Assembly (NCBI GenBank): GCA_024235675.1
Contig: JACKLZ010000001.1
Coordinates: 547,256-611,255, forward strand
Origin: Zoogloeaceae bacterium
GTDB lineage: Bacteria; Pseudomonadota; Gammaproteobacteria; Burkholderiales; Rhodocyclaceae
Direction of reading: 5' to 3'
DNA length: 64,000 nucleotides
In this document: one piece after another, positions 1-15,290 of the stretch
How positions within the stretch are numbered: position 1 is the stretch's first letter
Layout: each line of letters opens with the position of its first letter
Translations under genes and position numbers: made by a program
Notes under the pieces: generated by a model
Seen by the model: only the letters and a program-made list of their open reading frames with translations
What the model was told of the DNA's origin: nothing
The model's database searches: none

Positions 1-1928
<1,928 letters not shown>

Positions 1929-1932
<4 letters not shown>

Positions 1933-2483
1933 GCCCGTCCCCAAGAATTCAGGCGACAACGTCCTCCTTGTTGGTGGTTGATCTCCAGGAACGCTTGTTG
2001 CCTGCGATTGATCAAGGCGCCGAGGTCATCGCACACACCGTCTGGCTGATGCAGATCGCCCGGCAACTAGGCGTGCCGACGGTATTGACCGAGCAGTATC
2101 CGCGCGGCCTCGGGTCATCGGCGCCGCAGATTCTGGCCGAGGCCGACAGTGCGCATCGGGTGGAAAAGATCTGCTTCTCCAGTCATAGCGAGTCGCGCCT
2201 GGCCGACACCGCTGTGGCCAATCGTCCGCAAGTCGTGGTGTGCGGCACGGAGGCGCATGTGTGCGTCCTGCAAACCGTGCTCGATCTCAAGGCCGCTGGC
2301 AAATCGGTATTCGTGGTGGAGGAGGGCGTCGGCTCGCGTCAGGCGCGCGACAAGGCGCTGGCCATTGCGCGCATGCGTGCGCACGATATCGAGATCGTCT
2401 CACGGGAGATGGTGGCTTTTGAGTGGCTTGAGCGCGCGGGCACCGAGGTATTTCGGTCGATCAGCAAGAATTTCATTCGTTGA
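1929..2483 (+). CDS. Isochorismatase-family cysteine hydrolase (YcaC/ISOC-like)
   Basis: [25 protein letters not shown] and [12 protein letters not shown] motifs; ATGA overlap with the upstream stop. Confidence 0.88.
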
Positions 2484-2539
2484 ACCCGGCAGGCGGGTCG
2501 GCCAGGGGCCGGCCCGTCATTTGCCACTTCAAAACCTGA

Positions 2540-5087
<2,548 letters not shown>

Positions 5088-5105
5088 GCCAAGAACATTT
5101 ATTAA

Positions 5106-6425
<1,320 letters not shown>

Positions 6426-6476
6426 TTCGCCAATGAGCACCCGACTTCGGCCGCGTGAACGGTAAAACAGGAAAAA

Positions 6477-6502
6477 TCGGGCCGGTGATACAACCGGCCC
6501 GA
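6477..6502. terminator. GC-rich hairpin between eno and ftsB
   Basis: TCGGGCCGGT-gataca-ACCGGCCCGA is a 10-bp perfect stem. The A-tract lies on the left, so there is no U-tail on the + strand; it may be an mRNA-stabilising hairpin or an antisense terminator. Confidence 0.45.
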
Positions 6503-6512
6503 CACCTATCCC

Positions 6513-6788
6513 ATGCGCTGGCCCGTTCTGATCTTGATGCTGCTCATGTTGGCACTGCAGTACCCCCTATGGTTCGGCAAAGGGGGGTGGTTTCGCGTTT
6601 GGGAAGCGGAACGCCAACTGACGGAGCAGCAGGCGCTCAATCACAAACTTGAACAACGCAATGCCGGTCTGGATGCGGAGATCCGCGACCTGAAGACCGG
6701 CACTGAAGCCATTGAAGAGCGCGCCCGTTTCGAGCTCGGGCTGACCAAACCCGACGAGATTTTTGTTCAGGTGCCGCAAAAGCGCTGA
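6513..6788 (+). CDS. ftsB: Cell division protein FtsB
   Basis: N-terminal TM segment, LQYPLWFGKGG, coiled coil and IEERARFELGL; located after eno. Confidence 0.96.
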   Translation: MRWPVLILMLLMLALQYPLWFGKGGWFRVWEAERQLTEQQALNHKLEQRNAGLDAEIRDLKTGTEAIEERARFELGLTKPDEIFVQVPQKR

Positions 6789-6821
6789 GCCGCGAATCTG
6801 TGCCCGCGGCCCTGCACCGGG

Positions 6822-7253
6822 TCAGAGGATTTCGTTGATGTCTTCGCGCTGAAGCAATTCACGCTCGAAATTGCATTGTTCGTCACCCAGCGCGTCTCGT
6901 GCGGACACCACACCGATCGGCCGGCCCTGGTCGACTACCGGCACATGCCTGAAGCCTCCGTCGTACATCATGTGCAAGGCGTGCCCCAGTGGCAGCGTCG
7001 GGCTCGCAGTCATGGGCTTGGCGGTCATGACTTTCGCCAGGGAGGTCACTGCGGGATCCAGCCCCTTGGCAAGCACACGGGTCAGCGCGTCGCGTTCGGT
7101 AAAGATACCCACCAGCGTACCCTTCTCGACCACCAGGATGGCACCGATCTTCGCATTGGACATGACCTGGGCGGCTTCGGTCACCGTCATCTCCTGTGAC
7201 GCGGTGACGACCTGTTTTCCGGCAATAACATTCTGAATGCTGCGTTGTGGCAT
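6822..7253 (-). CDS. Stand-alone CBS-pair protein
   Basis: Two CBS motifs (LVGIFTERD; FRHVPVV...IGVVSARD). Confidence 0.88.
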   Translation of the reverse strand: MPQRSIQNVIAGKQVVTASQEMTVTEAAQVMSNAKIGAILVVEKGTLVGIFTERDALTRVLAKGLDPAVTSLAKVMTAKPMTASPTLPLGHALHMMYDGGFRHVPVVDQGRPIGVVSARDALGDEQCNFERELLQREDINEIL

Positions 7254-7276
7254 GGAATGCTCCTCAGTGTGGGGGG

Positions 7277-7804
7277 TTATCCGTCAGAAAATAGACTGCG
7301 GGCACCGTCAAAGCGTTGTGCAAAGTAGCGGTTGTTCATCCGCTCGACCCGAACTTTGCCTTTGCTGCTTGGCGCGTGGATGAATTTTCCGTCACCCAGA
7401 TAGATGCCCATGTGAGAGTAGGGCCGGTTCTGCGTATTGAAAAATACCAGATCTCCGGGCTGAAGGCTGCCTGTCGGAATGACACGGGTTTGCGCGGCAA
7501 TGCGCGCGGCGTTATGGGGCAGGCGCACGCCGCTGACCTGTTCGACGACATAGCTCACCATGCCGCTACAGTCGAGCCCGGCCTCCGGGTTGCGACCACC
7601 GAATCGATACCCGGTCCCGAGCAGACCATAGGAAAACAGGACGATTTGCTCGGCATCGCCGGGGTTGTCGAGTTGAACATGCTGGCCCTGATCGGTGGCC
7701 TGGCCGGGTACTGTGCGCACCGAGGGCAGCGTCGGAGCGACGGTCGAGCAGGCGGAAAGCGCAATTGCCGTCGCGACTGCAGCCAATAGAGCCGAACGAT
7801 TCAC
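7277..7804 (-). CDS. NlpC/P60 (C40) peptidoglycan endopeptidase lipoprotein
   Basis: Lipobox LSAC and catalytic motifs LDCSG, HMGIY and FIHA. A GTG start at 7804 is preferred over the ORF-track start at 7837. Confidence 0.92.
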   Translation of the reverse strand: MNRSALLAAVATAIALSACSTVAPTLPSVRTVPGQATDQGQHVQLDNPGDAEQIVLFSYGLLGTGYRFGGRNPEAGLDCSGMVSYVVEQVSGVRLPHNAARIAAQTRVIPTGSLQPGDLVFFNTQNRPYSHMGIYLGDGKFIHAPSSKGKVRVERMNNRYFAQRFDGARSLFSDG

Positions 7805-7850
7805 GGCATCTCCGAACAAAAAGGGTGACACCAGCATAGAGCAAGCCTGC

Positions 7851-8288
7851 TCAGGCGTCCAGACGGAAAGTCACCGGCCCGTGGTTGGTCAGGCTGACAT
7901 GCATTTCGGCCCCGAAACGACCGGTTTCTACCAAAGCATGCTGGCGACGGGCCTCCACCACCAGGGTGTCGAACAATCGCTCTGCCTGATCGGGCGGGGC
8001 GGCGGTACTGAACCCGGGCCGGGTGCCTTTTCGTGTGTCGGCCGCCAGCGTGAATTGCGGGACCAGCAGCAAGCCACCGGCCACGTCACGAACAGACAGA
8101 TTCATCCGGTCGTCGGCGTCCTGAAACACGCGATAGCCAAGCAAACGCGCCACCATGCGTTCCACGGTCGCCTGGGTGTCTTTGGGTTCGATGCCGATCA
8201 AGGCGAGCAGGCCGGGCCCGATCCGGCCAACGCACTCGCCTCCAACAGTCACTTCTGCATGCGTGACGCGCTGTATGAGCGCGATCAC
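7851..8288 (-). CDS. dtd: D-aminoacyl-tRNA deacylase
   Basis: [20 protein letters not shown] and NHGPVT (gly-cisPro) motifs. Confidence 0.96.
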   Translation of the reverse strand: MIALIQRVTHAEVTVGGECVGRIGPGLLALIGIEPKDTQATVERMVARLLGYRVFQDADDRMNLSVRDVAGGLLLVPQFTLAADTRKGTRPGFSTAAPPDQAERLFDTLVVEARRQHALVETGRFGAEMHVSLTNHGPVTFRLDA

Positions 8289-8602
8289 ACGGCGCTCTGT
8301 GACTGCACGCAGGTCTTGATCGCTTCGCCCGCACGAATGAGCTGGCTGCGATCGTGGTCGATACGCAAGGCGACCTCTGGGCTTTGGAACTGGCCTTCGC
8401 CGGTTTGAATCAGGGTGAAAATCCCGGTGCCCGAGCGAAAACGGACGTGGTCGGTATGAATGGCAACAGAGAAGCGCTCGCCGTCGTGACAGACAAAACG
8501 TGCCTGACGTTCGGCGTTTGCGAGATCGGCATAGCCGGCAATGCCTGCTGCGGCAGAGCCGAGGGTCAGCACTCCGACGAGGAGTAGTGCAATTCGTGGC
8601 AT
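8285..8602 (-). CDS. Small secreted two-Cys protein, MliC/PliC-like
   Basis: Signal peptide [20 protein letters not shown], one Cys near each end of a beta-rich domain ([10 protein letters not shown]...KTCVQ), and a GTGA overlap with the dtd start. Confidence 0.55.
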   Translation of the reverse strand: MPRIALLLVGVLTLGSAAAGIAGYADLANAERQARFVCHDGERFSVAIHTDHVRFRSGTGIFTLIQTGEGQFQSPEVALRIDHDRSQLIRAGEAIKTCVQSQSAV

Positions 8603-8621
8603 GGTGATCGAGGTGTGAGAT

Positions 8622-9332
8622 TCAGTCGGTGAGTTCGATGGTGCCGTTGACTTGCACGGTGATGGTGCTGTCTCCGGTTTCGACGGGAGCGGGCGCAGCG
8701 GCCATTGAAGCCATCGCGCGGCCGCGATACATGGGCGTGGGAACGCCTTGTTCATTGATATTCAGTGCCTTGAGGCGATACTTCCGGCCGAGGGTGTCGG
8801 TGACCAGTTTTGCGCGCGCCTCGAAGGCCTTGAGCGCTTGCCGGGTGGCTTCATCGTTGGCCGCATGCAAGGTGGCCGGCGCCGGCATCAACTGCAAACT
8901 GCCGATGGCCAGCGTGGCTTGCAGCTCGCCCATCAGGCGTGACAGGGCGGGAATATCAGTGCTTTCGAGATTCAGGTTGCTGCGCATGCGCCAGCCGACG
9001 ATGGTCTGGCTGCCCTTGCTGGCACTGCTCGCGCTGTTGTTGCTGTAAATCGGCCAGGTGGACGTGCCCGACGTTTTGACGGCGACGCTCTCGAACGGCT
9101 TGGCAATCTTCAGTGCCGAAGCCATGACCTGATTGACCTTTTGAGCGACCGCGGCGGGGTCGTCGGCACTCGCCTCGAAGTAGGCGTCCGCCCGGGCAAG
9201 GTCGTTCGGCGCGCTTGCCGTGCCTTGAGCAGACAGATCGACGGTCGGTAAGGCGTCGGCGGCCTGAACATTCAGGGCGGCGATTGCCATCAGCGCCATG
9301 GCAGCGCGCGTCCAGCTGGCGGCTCGTGTCAT
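8622..9332 (-). CDS. SIMPL (DUF541) periplasmic protein
   Basis: Signal peptide, G.A...PNDLA motif, ALKAFEARAKLV and C-terminal PVETGDSTITVQV. Confidence 0.88.
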   Translation of the reverse strand: MTRAASWTRAAMALMAIAALNVQAADALPTVDLSAQGTASAPNDLARADAYFEASADDPAAVAQKVNQVMASALKIAKPFESVAVKTSGTSTWPIYSNNSASSASKGSQTIVGWRMRSNLNLESTDIPALSRLMGELQATLAIGSLQLMPAPATLHAANDEATRQALKAFEARAKLVTDTLGRKYRLKALNINEQGVPTPMYRGRAMASMAAAPAPVETGDSTITVQVNGTIELTD

Positions 9333-9485
9333 GAGTTGTCTCGTCCGTAAGGGGTAGCCACCTTATACCGGAAGCCGGCGCCGAGGGGCAGGGCGAGGGT
9401 GTAATCGATTGTGAATCAATCCGATCGTTGACGCCCGTTCGATGGCGCGGGATCATGCAGCGCCCCTGGATTTCTGGATAGTCGT

Positions 9486-10367
9486 ATGTCGTCTCATCGA
9501 GCCGGCGCGCTGTATGTGGCGTTGTCGGCCAGCTGCTTTGGCGCGATGGCAATTTTTGCCAAGTACGCCTATCTCGATGGCGTGGATGTGGCAACGCTGT
9601 TGTTGCTGCGCTTTTCGATTGCTGCGCTGATCATGATCGCGCTCGTCGTCGTGCAACGACGCAGATGGCCGCGGGGGCTCAACCTGGGGCTGCTCGCGGC
9701 AATGGGTGGCATTGGTTATGTCGGCCAGTCCTTCTGCTTTTTCTCAGCGCTGGAATTCGCCTCTGCCGCGCTGGTGGCTTTGCTGCTCTACCTGCACCCT
9801 TTTATCGTGACGGTGTTGAGTGCGATCTTTTTCGGACAGGCACTGACGCAGGTTCGGGTTGTGTCTGTGCTCGCTGCCCTGGTGGGAACGGGCCTCGTCA
9901 TTGGCGCGGATGTGTCAGGGCAGCCCATGGGCATTGCCTTGGGCGTAGCGGCGGCGGTGATCTATTCGGCCTATCTGCTCACCGCCAATCGCGTCATGCG
10001 GCAGGAAGATCCGGTGGCAGCCAGTACGGTGGTCATGAGTTCAGCTGCGCTGGTGCTCGGCGCGATGGCGGCGTTCAATGGCGCGCAACTGCCGCAGAGT
10101 GTGTCTGGCTGGGCCGCCATTGTGGCGATCGCCGGCATCTCGACCGTCATCGCCATGGTGTGTCTGTTTATCGGCATCCAGCGCCTTGGCGCGGCGGACA
10201 CCGCGACCTTGTCCACACTGGAACCGGTGGTGACCACCGTGCTGGCCGCGGTCTTTCTGGGGGAGCAGATCAGCAGCATGCAGCTTGTCGGCGGTTTGGT
10301 GATTCTTGCCGCAGTCATCGTACTGGCACGCTATAGCCAGCCGGCGCCCCGGCCAAGCAATCAATAA
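9486..10367 (+). CDS. DMT/EamA-family transporter
   Basis: About 10 hydrophobic helices in two EamA repeats (LLLRFSIA; TLEPVVTTVLA..FLGE). Confidence 0.9.
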   Translation: MSSHRAGALYVALSASCFGAMAIFAKYAYLDGVDVATLLLLRFSIAALIMIALVVVQRRRWPRGLNLGLLAAMGGIGYVGQSFCFFSALEFASAALVALLLYLHPFIVTVLSAIFFGQALTQVRVVSVLAALVGTGLVIGADVSGQPMGIALGVAAAVIYSAYLLTANRVMRQEDPVAASTVVMSSAALVLGAMAAFNGAQLPQSVSGWAAIVAIAGISTVIAMVCLFIGIQRLGAADTATLSTLEPVVTTVLAAVFLGEQISSMQLVGGLVILAAVIVLARYSQPAPRPSNQ

Positions 10368-10393
10368 AAAAGCGCGCAGACTTCGCTGCGCGC
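10366..10393 (-). terminator. Rho-independent terminator (minus strand)
   Basis: On the minus strand it reads GCGCGCAG-cgaagt-CTGCGCGC followed by T6. Confidence 0.75.
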
Positions 10394-10403
10394 CAAAAAT
10401 ACC

Positions 10404-10460
10404 TTGCCTGGAGGAGTGCGGACGTCGCTGAGACATCCAACGCCTGCACTCTAAAGGCAA
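10404..10460 (-). ncRNA. Candidate sRNA or structured 3'UTR hairpin carrying a CUCCUCC anti-SD motif
   Basis: Nested stems TTGCCT/AGGCAA and GAGTGC/GCACTC plus an inner GU-tolerant stem. It lies directly 5' of the terminator and contains CTCCTCC at 10410-10416. Confidence 0.4.
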
Positions 10461-10500
10461 TCAAAAATCGATGTTTTGACCTGGATTAAACCCGGGGTCC

Positions 10501-11052
10501 TTAGGCGACGTAGCCGGCTGCCGACGGTGTGTCGATCCGGCGCAGGCCTTCTGCGTGCTCGGACAGATGGCGGACATAGTTTTTTGCGCTCGCGATCAGA
10601 CCGGCAAGCTCTTCTTCGGTCAGGCTGCGAATGATGCGTCCGGGCGAACCGACCACCAGCGAGTAATCCGGGATTTCGCGTCCTTCCGGGATCAGCGCAT
10701 TGGCACCAATCAAACAGCCACGGCCAATCTTGGCTCCATTGAGGACGATTGCGTTGATACCGATGAGCGATCCGTCGCCAATTTCGCAGCCATGCAGCAT
10801 GGCCATATGGCCGATGGTGACATTTGCGCCAATGGTCAATGGGACGCCATCGTCGGTGTGCAGCACGGAGCCATCCTGCACATTTGAATTGTCGCCAATG
10901 GTGATGGGGTCGTTGTCGCCGCGCAGCACCGAGTTGTACCAGATGCTCACGTTCCGGCCGAGCACGACATTGCCCAACACCGTTGCGTTGTCGGCCACCC
11001 AGCTGCCTGCACCCAAGGTGGGGCTTCGATCATCCAGTGCGTAAATCGCCAT
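10501..11052 (-). CDS. Gamma-carbonic-anhydrase-family (YrdA/PaaY-like) hexapeptide-repeat protein
   Basis: MAIYAL start at 11052, hexapeptide repeats, and the Zn-ligand pattern VLHTD...IGHMAMLHGC. Confidence 0.92.
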   Translation of the reverse strand: MAIYALDDRSPTLGAGSWVADNATVLGNVVLGRNVSIWYNSVLRGDNDPITIGDNSNVQDGSVLHTDDGVPLTIGANVTIGHMAMLHGCEIGDGSLIGINAIVLNGAKIGRGCLIGANALIPEGREIPDYSLVVGSPGRIIRSLTEEELAGLIASAKNYVRHLSEHAEGLRRIDTPSAAGYVA

Positions 11053-11253
11053 TTTTTGTCCTCTCTGCTCGGGCGTCTGCGCGCCTGTTGACCGGTGTCT
11101 AGCGGCCCGAAAAACGGCAATCATATCAATCATATGCTGCGCTGCAAACTGAAAATTCTGTTTGAAACGCGGCTTTGAAGCGCGTTTTGGCAACGCCGGC
11201 GCGACGGCGGTGATAGCATGCCGGCTCATCAGGATTTTGCGAATCGCGCGCCA

Positions 11254-12105
11254 ATGCTCAGTTATCGCCATGCGTACCATGCGGGCAATCATGCCGACGT
11301 CCTCAAGCACTTGACCCTGGTGCTGACGCTGGATTATTTCAATCAGAAGCCCGCACCCTATTGGTACATCGACACACACGCTGGCCCCGGCAGCTATCGA
11401 CTCGACCAGGGGCCCGCAGCGCGCACCGGCGAGTTCGAAACGGGCATCGGAAAAATCGTCGGGATCAAACCGCGACCGAAGTCGGTACAACGCTTTCTCG
11501 AGACCGTCGGCTGCCTGGGGAAGACCGGCTTGCCGACGAACTATCCCGGTTCTCCTGACATTGCCCAGCGGCTGCTACGCGATGATGATCGTTTGCGCCT
11601 GTTTGAACTCCATCCGACAGACTTCGACGCCCTCGACAAGCACTTTGCTCATGCCGGGCGCAAGGCGCAGGTCAAGAAGACTGATGGCTTTGCCGCGCTC
11701 AAAGCCTTGTTGCCCCCGCCGACCCGCCGCGCCGTGGTGTTGATTGACCCGCCCTATGAGGTCAAACAAGACTACGACACGCTGATGGCGACGCTGGAAG
11801 ATGGGCTCAAGCGCTTTCCGACTGGCTGCTATCTGGTCTGGTATCCCATTATTGGACGCCCGGAATCTCGCCGCCTGCCCAAAAAACTGCTCAAACTTGG
11901 CGCCTCGACCCAAAGCTGGCTGCATGCGACCCTGGAAGTGGCATCGCCAGCCGCTGATGGTCTGGGCATGACCGGCAGCGGCATGTTCGTGCTGAATCCG
12001 CCGTGGACGCTCGCTCAACAGTTGGCGGAGGCCTTGTCGTGGTTGAGTCAGCACATGGGGGTGGGCGCGCCGGCCCGTTATCAGCTCGACAGTCACAGTG
12101 AGTGA
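11254..12105 (+). CDS. rlmJ: 23S rRNA m6A2030 methyltransferase RlmJ
   Basis: MLSYRHAYHAGNHADVLKH, DTHAGPG, YPGSP and LIDPPYE motifs. Confidence 0.96.
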   Translation: MLSYRHAYHAGNHADVLKHLTLVLTLDYFNQKPAPYWYIDTHAGPGSYRLDQGPAARTGEFETGIGKIVGIKPRPKSVQRFLETVGCLGKTGLPTNYPGSPDIAQRLLRDDDRLRLFELHPTDFDALDKHFAHAGRKAQVKKTDGFAALKALLPPPTRRAVVLIDPPYEVKQDYDTLMATLEDGLKRFPTGCYLVWYPIIGRPESRRLPKKLLKLGASTQSWLHATLEVASPAADGLGMTGSGMFVLNPPWTLAQQLAEALSWLSQHMGVGAPARYQLDSHSE

Positions 12106-12114
12106 GGCGTGCGA

Positions 12115-12477
12115 ATGAGTTCAACCCAACACAGCGATCTGCTGGCCTTGCGCGACGCGCTTCGGGCTTTTGCCGAAGCGCGGGACTGGGGGCAGTTTCA
12201 TACACCCAAGAACCTCGCCATGGCCTTGATTGGCGAGGCCGCGGAAGTCGTTGAGCATTTTCAGTGGCGAACCGCTGAAGCGTCGGCGGCCTTGCCGGAG
12301 GCTGATCGTGCAGAAGTGGCGCTCGAACTGGCTGATGTGCTGTTGTATCTGGTGCGTCTTGCCGACGTTCTCGGCGTTGATCTGGCCGACGCGGCTCAGC
12401 GCAAACTGCTCATCAATGAAACCCGGTATCCTGCCGACAAAGCCCACGGCCGGGCCGACAAATACACACGGCTTTAA
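12115..12477 (+). CDS. MazG-like nucleotide pyrophosphohydrolase (DCTPP1-like)
   Basis: ARDWGQFHTPKNLAMALIGEAAE, ELADVLLYL and K...NETRYP motifs. Confidence 0.92.
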   Translation: MSSTQHSDLLALRDALRAFAEARDWGQFHTPKNLAMALIGEAAEVVEHFQWRTAEASAALPEADRAEVALELADVLLYLVRLADVLGVDLADAAQRKLLINETRYPADKAHGRADKYTRL

Positions 12478-12524
12478 GCGTCAGCCCATGCCCGAACGCG
12501 TTACGTCGGGCAACTGGGCAAAGC

Positions 12525-13046
12525 TCAGATCAAGACCACCTCGTCGAGCGTGATATCCACGATCAGGTCGTTCGACAGCGCTTCGAGGTCCGACTGCAAG
12601 GCTGCGGCATCGAGATCCGGCCCACCTTGTAGACTGGCTTTGGCGTGGAACATGGTCTCGCCTGACATTGCTGCGCTTGAGGTGAGCGTACTCAGTTCTT
12701 CAACGTTAACTGCGTGGCGCACGAGCACCTGCGATACCTCGCGCACAATGCCGAGGCGATCCTGACCGACCAGCGTCAGATGCAGGCGGCGGGCGGTTTC
12801 GGGCACTGGCGCTTCAGTGGCGCTGGTCACCGTCACTTTGAGTGCGCTCATGCTCGTGAGTGCGGCGATCAAGTGGTCGGCGGCGTCTTCCGGGACCGTG
12901 ACGCGTAAAATTCCGGCAAACTTGCCAGCAAGTTGCGCCATGGATGATTCCAGCCAATTGCCGCCGGCCGCACTGATGGTGGTGGACAGGGCTTCAACCA
13001 GACCCGGGCGATCATCGCCAATGGCGGTCAGAACAAGGTTACGCAT
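12525..13046 (-). CDS. Tandem-ACT-domain protein (GcvR-like)
   Basis: LTAIGDDRPGLV and LVGQDRLGIV ACT repeats. Confidence 0.88.
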   Translation of the reverse strand: MRNLVLTAIGDDRPGLVEALSTTISAAGGNWLESSMAQLAGKFAGILRVTVPEDAADHLIAALTSMSALKVTVTSATEAPVPETARRLHLTLVGQDRLGIVREVSQVLVRHAVNVEELSTLTSSAAMSGETMFHAKASLQGGPDLDAAALQSDLEALSNDLIVDITLDEVVLI

Positions 13047-13118
13047 GAGGCGATACTCCTGTCGAAATGATATGTCGATTGTAGGCGAAAGCCGGTCCTG
13101 GCTGTCGGGGCGCGCACG

Positions 13119-13442
13119 ATGATCAGCGTTTGGGACATCCTCCCGCTGTTGGCACTGGGCGCTATTGCCTGGTACTGGATGGATTCGCTGAAGGCGCGAG
13201 AGACGGCGCTCACATCGGCGCGTTCGGCGTGCGCATTGCGAGGGTTTCAATTTCTGGATGAGACCGTGGCCACCGAACGTACGCGCTTTGCCCGCAATTC
13301 GAATGGGCAAATGGTGTTGAGGCGGGTCTATCGCTTTGAATTCTCGGACACCGGCGACAATCGCCGCCCCGGGTCAGTGGTGATGCTCGGCCGCTTTGTG
13401 GAAATGGTGCAGATGGCCGGCGTATTGGAGGCGGTGAAGTAG
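13119..13442 (+). CDS. DUF3301-like small membrane protein
   Basis: N-terminal TM segment, ARETA...C.....Q.LDETV and RVYRFEFSDTGDNRRPG pattern. Confidence 0.75.
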   Translation: MISVWDILPLLALGAIAWYWMDSLKARETALTSARSACALRGFQFLDETVATERTRFARNSNGQMVLRRVYRFEFSDTGDNRRPGSVVMLGRFVEMVQMAGVLEAVK

Positions 13443-13461
13443 CCGCGGCGATATTGCGGGT

Positions 13462-14658
13462 TTAGACCGCATCGCCGGCGGCGACGGCCGACGACCAAGC
13501 CCACTGGAAGTTGTAGCCACCGAGGTGGCCGGTGACATCGACCACTTCTCCAATGAAATACAGCCCGGGTTGCTTGAGTGCGGCCATGGTTTTTGATGAC
13601 AACGCCCGCGTATCAACACCGCCGAGCGTGACCTCCGCCTTGGAATAACCTTGTGTGCCCGATGGCGACAGAGACCACGCGCCCAGCGCCTCGGCGATCG
13701 CCTTGCGCTCCTTTACGCCAATTTGCTTGAGTGGGCGCTCCCAACCATGCAATTCACACCAGGCTTTGGCAAAGCGCTTGGGCAGAATCTCCCCCAGCAA
13801 ATTCCCCAGCAGCGCGTTGCTGTCGCCGTGCGCGGCAAGCCAACTGGCCGCGTCTTCGTCGGGTAACAGGTCAAGGCGCACTGGTGCCGGGTGCCCGGAA
13901 GCACAGACATATTGCCAGTAGCTCGAGATTTGCAGAATCGCCGGCCCGGAAAGGCCGCGATGGGTGATCAAGGCGCGCTCGCGGAATTCGCCATCGCCGC
14001 AACTGGCCACCACATCAAAGGCGGCACCGGCCAGCGGTGCGAGTGCCGCCAACGTTTCTGAATCGAGCGTCAGCGGCACCAGGGCAGGGCGGGGCGTGAC
14101 GATGGGGAGGTCAAATTGCGTCGCGATGCGGTAGCCCAGATCGGTGGCGCCGATTTTTGGAATCGAAAGCCCGCCGGTGGCGACGACCAAGGCTGCGGCA
14201 TCAAAGTCGCCGTGATCGGTCTGCACCCTAAAACGGTCATTGTCGGCACGCCCGACGGATTCCACTTTGGCCGGCATCGCCCAATCGACCTGACCATCAG
14301 CGCACTCTTGCACCAGCATGTCGATGATCTGCTGGCTACTGTCATCGCAAAACAGCTGCCCCAGCGTTTTCTCGTGATAGCGGATGCCGTGGCGTTCGAC
14401 CAGGGCAACAAAATGCTGCGAGCCATACCGTGCCAGAGCCGAGCGACAGAAATGCGGGTTCTGCGAGAGAAAATGGCTGGCGCCGACGACCCTGTTCGTA
14501 AAGTTGCAGCGCCCGCCGCCGGAGATTCGAATCTTCTCGGCCAGCGATGTGGCGTGATCGATGATGAGCACGTGTCGACCCCGTTGCGCCGCACGCGCAG
14601 CGCACATCATGCCGGCTGCGCCGGCCCCGATCACGATGGCGTCGTAACTGCGTTTCAC
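13462..14658 (-). CDS. HI0933/BaiN/YhiN-family flavoprotein oxidoreductase
   Basis: IGAGAAG, KIRISGGGRCNFTN, ATGGLSIP..G, VTLGGV and GGYNFQWAWSS motifs. Confidence 0.93.
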   Translation of the reverse strand: MKRSYDAIVIGAGAAGMMCAARAAQRGRHVLIIDHATSLAEKIRISGGGRCNFTNRVVGASHFLSQNPHFCRSALARYGSQHFVALVERHGIRYHEKTLGQLFCDDSSQQIIDMLVQECADGQVDWAMPAKVESVGRADNDRFRVQTDHGDFDAAALVVATGGLSIPKIGATDLGYRIATQFDLPIVTPRPALVPLTLDSETLAALAPLAGAAFDVVASCGDGEFRERALITHRGLSGPAILQISSYWQYVCASGHPAPVRLDLLPDEDAASWLAAHGDSNALLGNLLGEILPKRFAKAWCELHGWERPLKQIGVKERKAIAEALGAWSLSPSGTQGYSKAEVTLGGVDTRALSSKTMAALKQPGLYFIGEVVDVTGHLGGYNFQWAWSSAVAAGDAV

Positions 14659-14880
14659 CCGGGTGTCGCCTTGTGGAAGTGGAAGCGGCGAAGCTTATCG
14701 ACGCGACGGCCGCGATGCAATGCGCGGCCCGTCTTTCGACGGCGCGCTTGTCGCCACACGGCCTGCGTGTCTTAATAGCATGTAGCGCGGACGCATTTCC
14801 GTGGTCTGCCGGCAAGTCCATGCATTCGTTCGCTTAGTCCGCAACATGGCCAAATGGCCGCCAGGATGACAGGAGGCCGC

Positions 14881-15174
14881 ATGAGCACCAAACGCTTGAC
14901 CGAAAATGTGTTGGTACAGAACCTCGCCGGGCTGGATGGCTGGCAGTTGAACACCGACAAAACAGCCATTTCCCGGAGCTTTCGGTTCAGGGATTTCAAT
15001 GCCGCATTCGGCTTCATGAGTCAGATTGCGCTAATGGCTGAGCGACTGGATCACCATCCGGACTGGTCAAACGTCTACAACCGTGTCGATGTCGCGCTGA
15101 CCACCCATGACGCGGGTGGCCTTTCTGAAAAAGACATGGTCATGGCGCGGTTTATCAACGACCTTGCCGCGTGA
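14881..15174 (+). CDS. phhB: Pterin-4-alpha-carbinolamine dehydratase
   Basis: ERLDHHPDWSNVYNRVDVALTTHDAGGLS signature; GGAGG RBS before the ATG at 14881. Confidence 0.94.
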   Translation: MSTKRLTENVLVQNLAGLDGWQLNTDKTAISRSFRFRDFNAAFGFMSQIALMAERLDHHPDWSNVYNRVDVALTTHDAGGLSEKDMVMARFINDLAA

Positions 15175-15290
15175 TGCGCTGCGTCATGAGTGCGCGCCCA
15201 CCTGGTGGTAAGCTCCCAAAAAAGACGGCGAGAAATCAGGGAGCTCCGGCAAAAAACTAGACCGACAGGAGCGGCCGTCAGGGAGAGCAC

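Noticed and set aside
10501-11490. N-terminal extensions in the ORF track (e.g. gamma-CA 329 aa, gcvR-like 261 aa, tssA 435 aa, dadA 520 aa, glrK 511 aa)
   Set aside because: The extensions overlap neighbouring genes or promoters and lack family similarity; downstream starts match family N-termini or an RBS.
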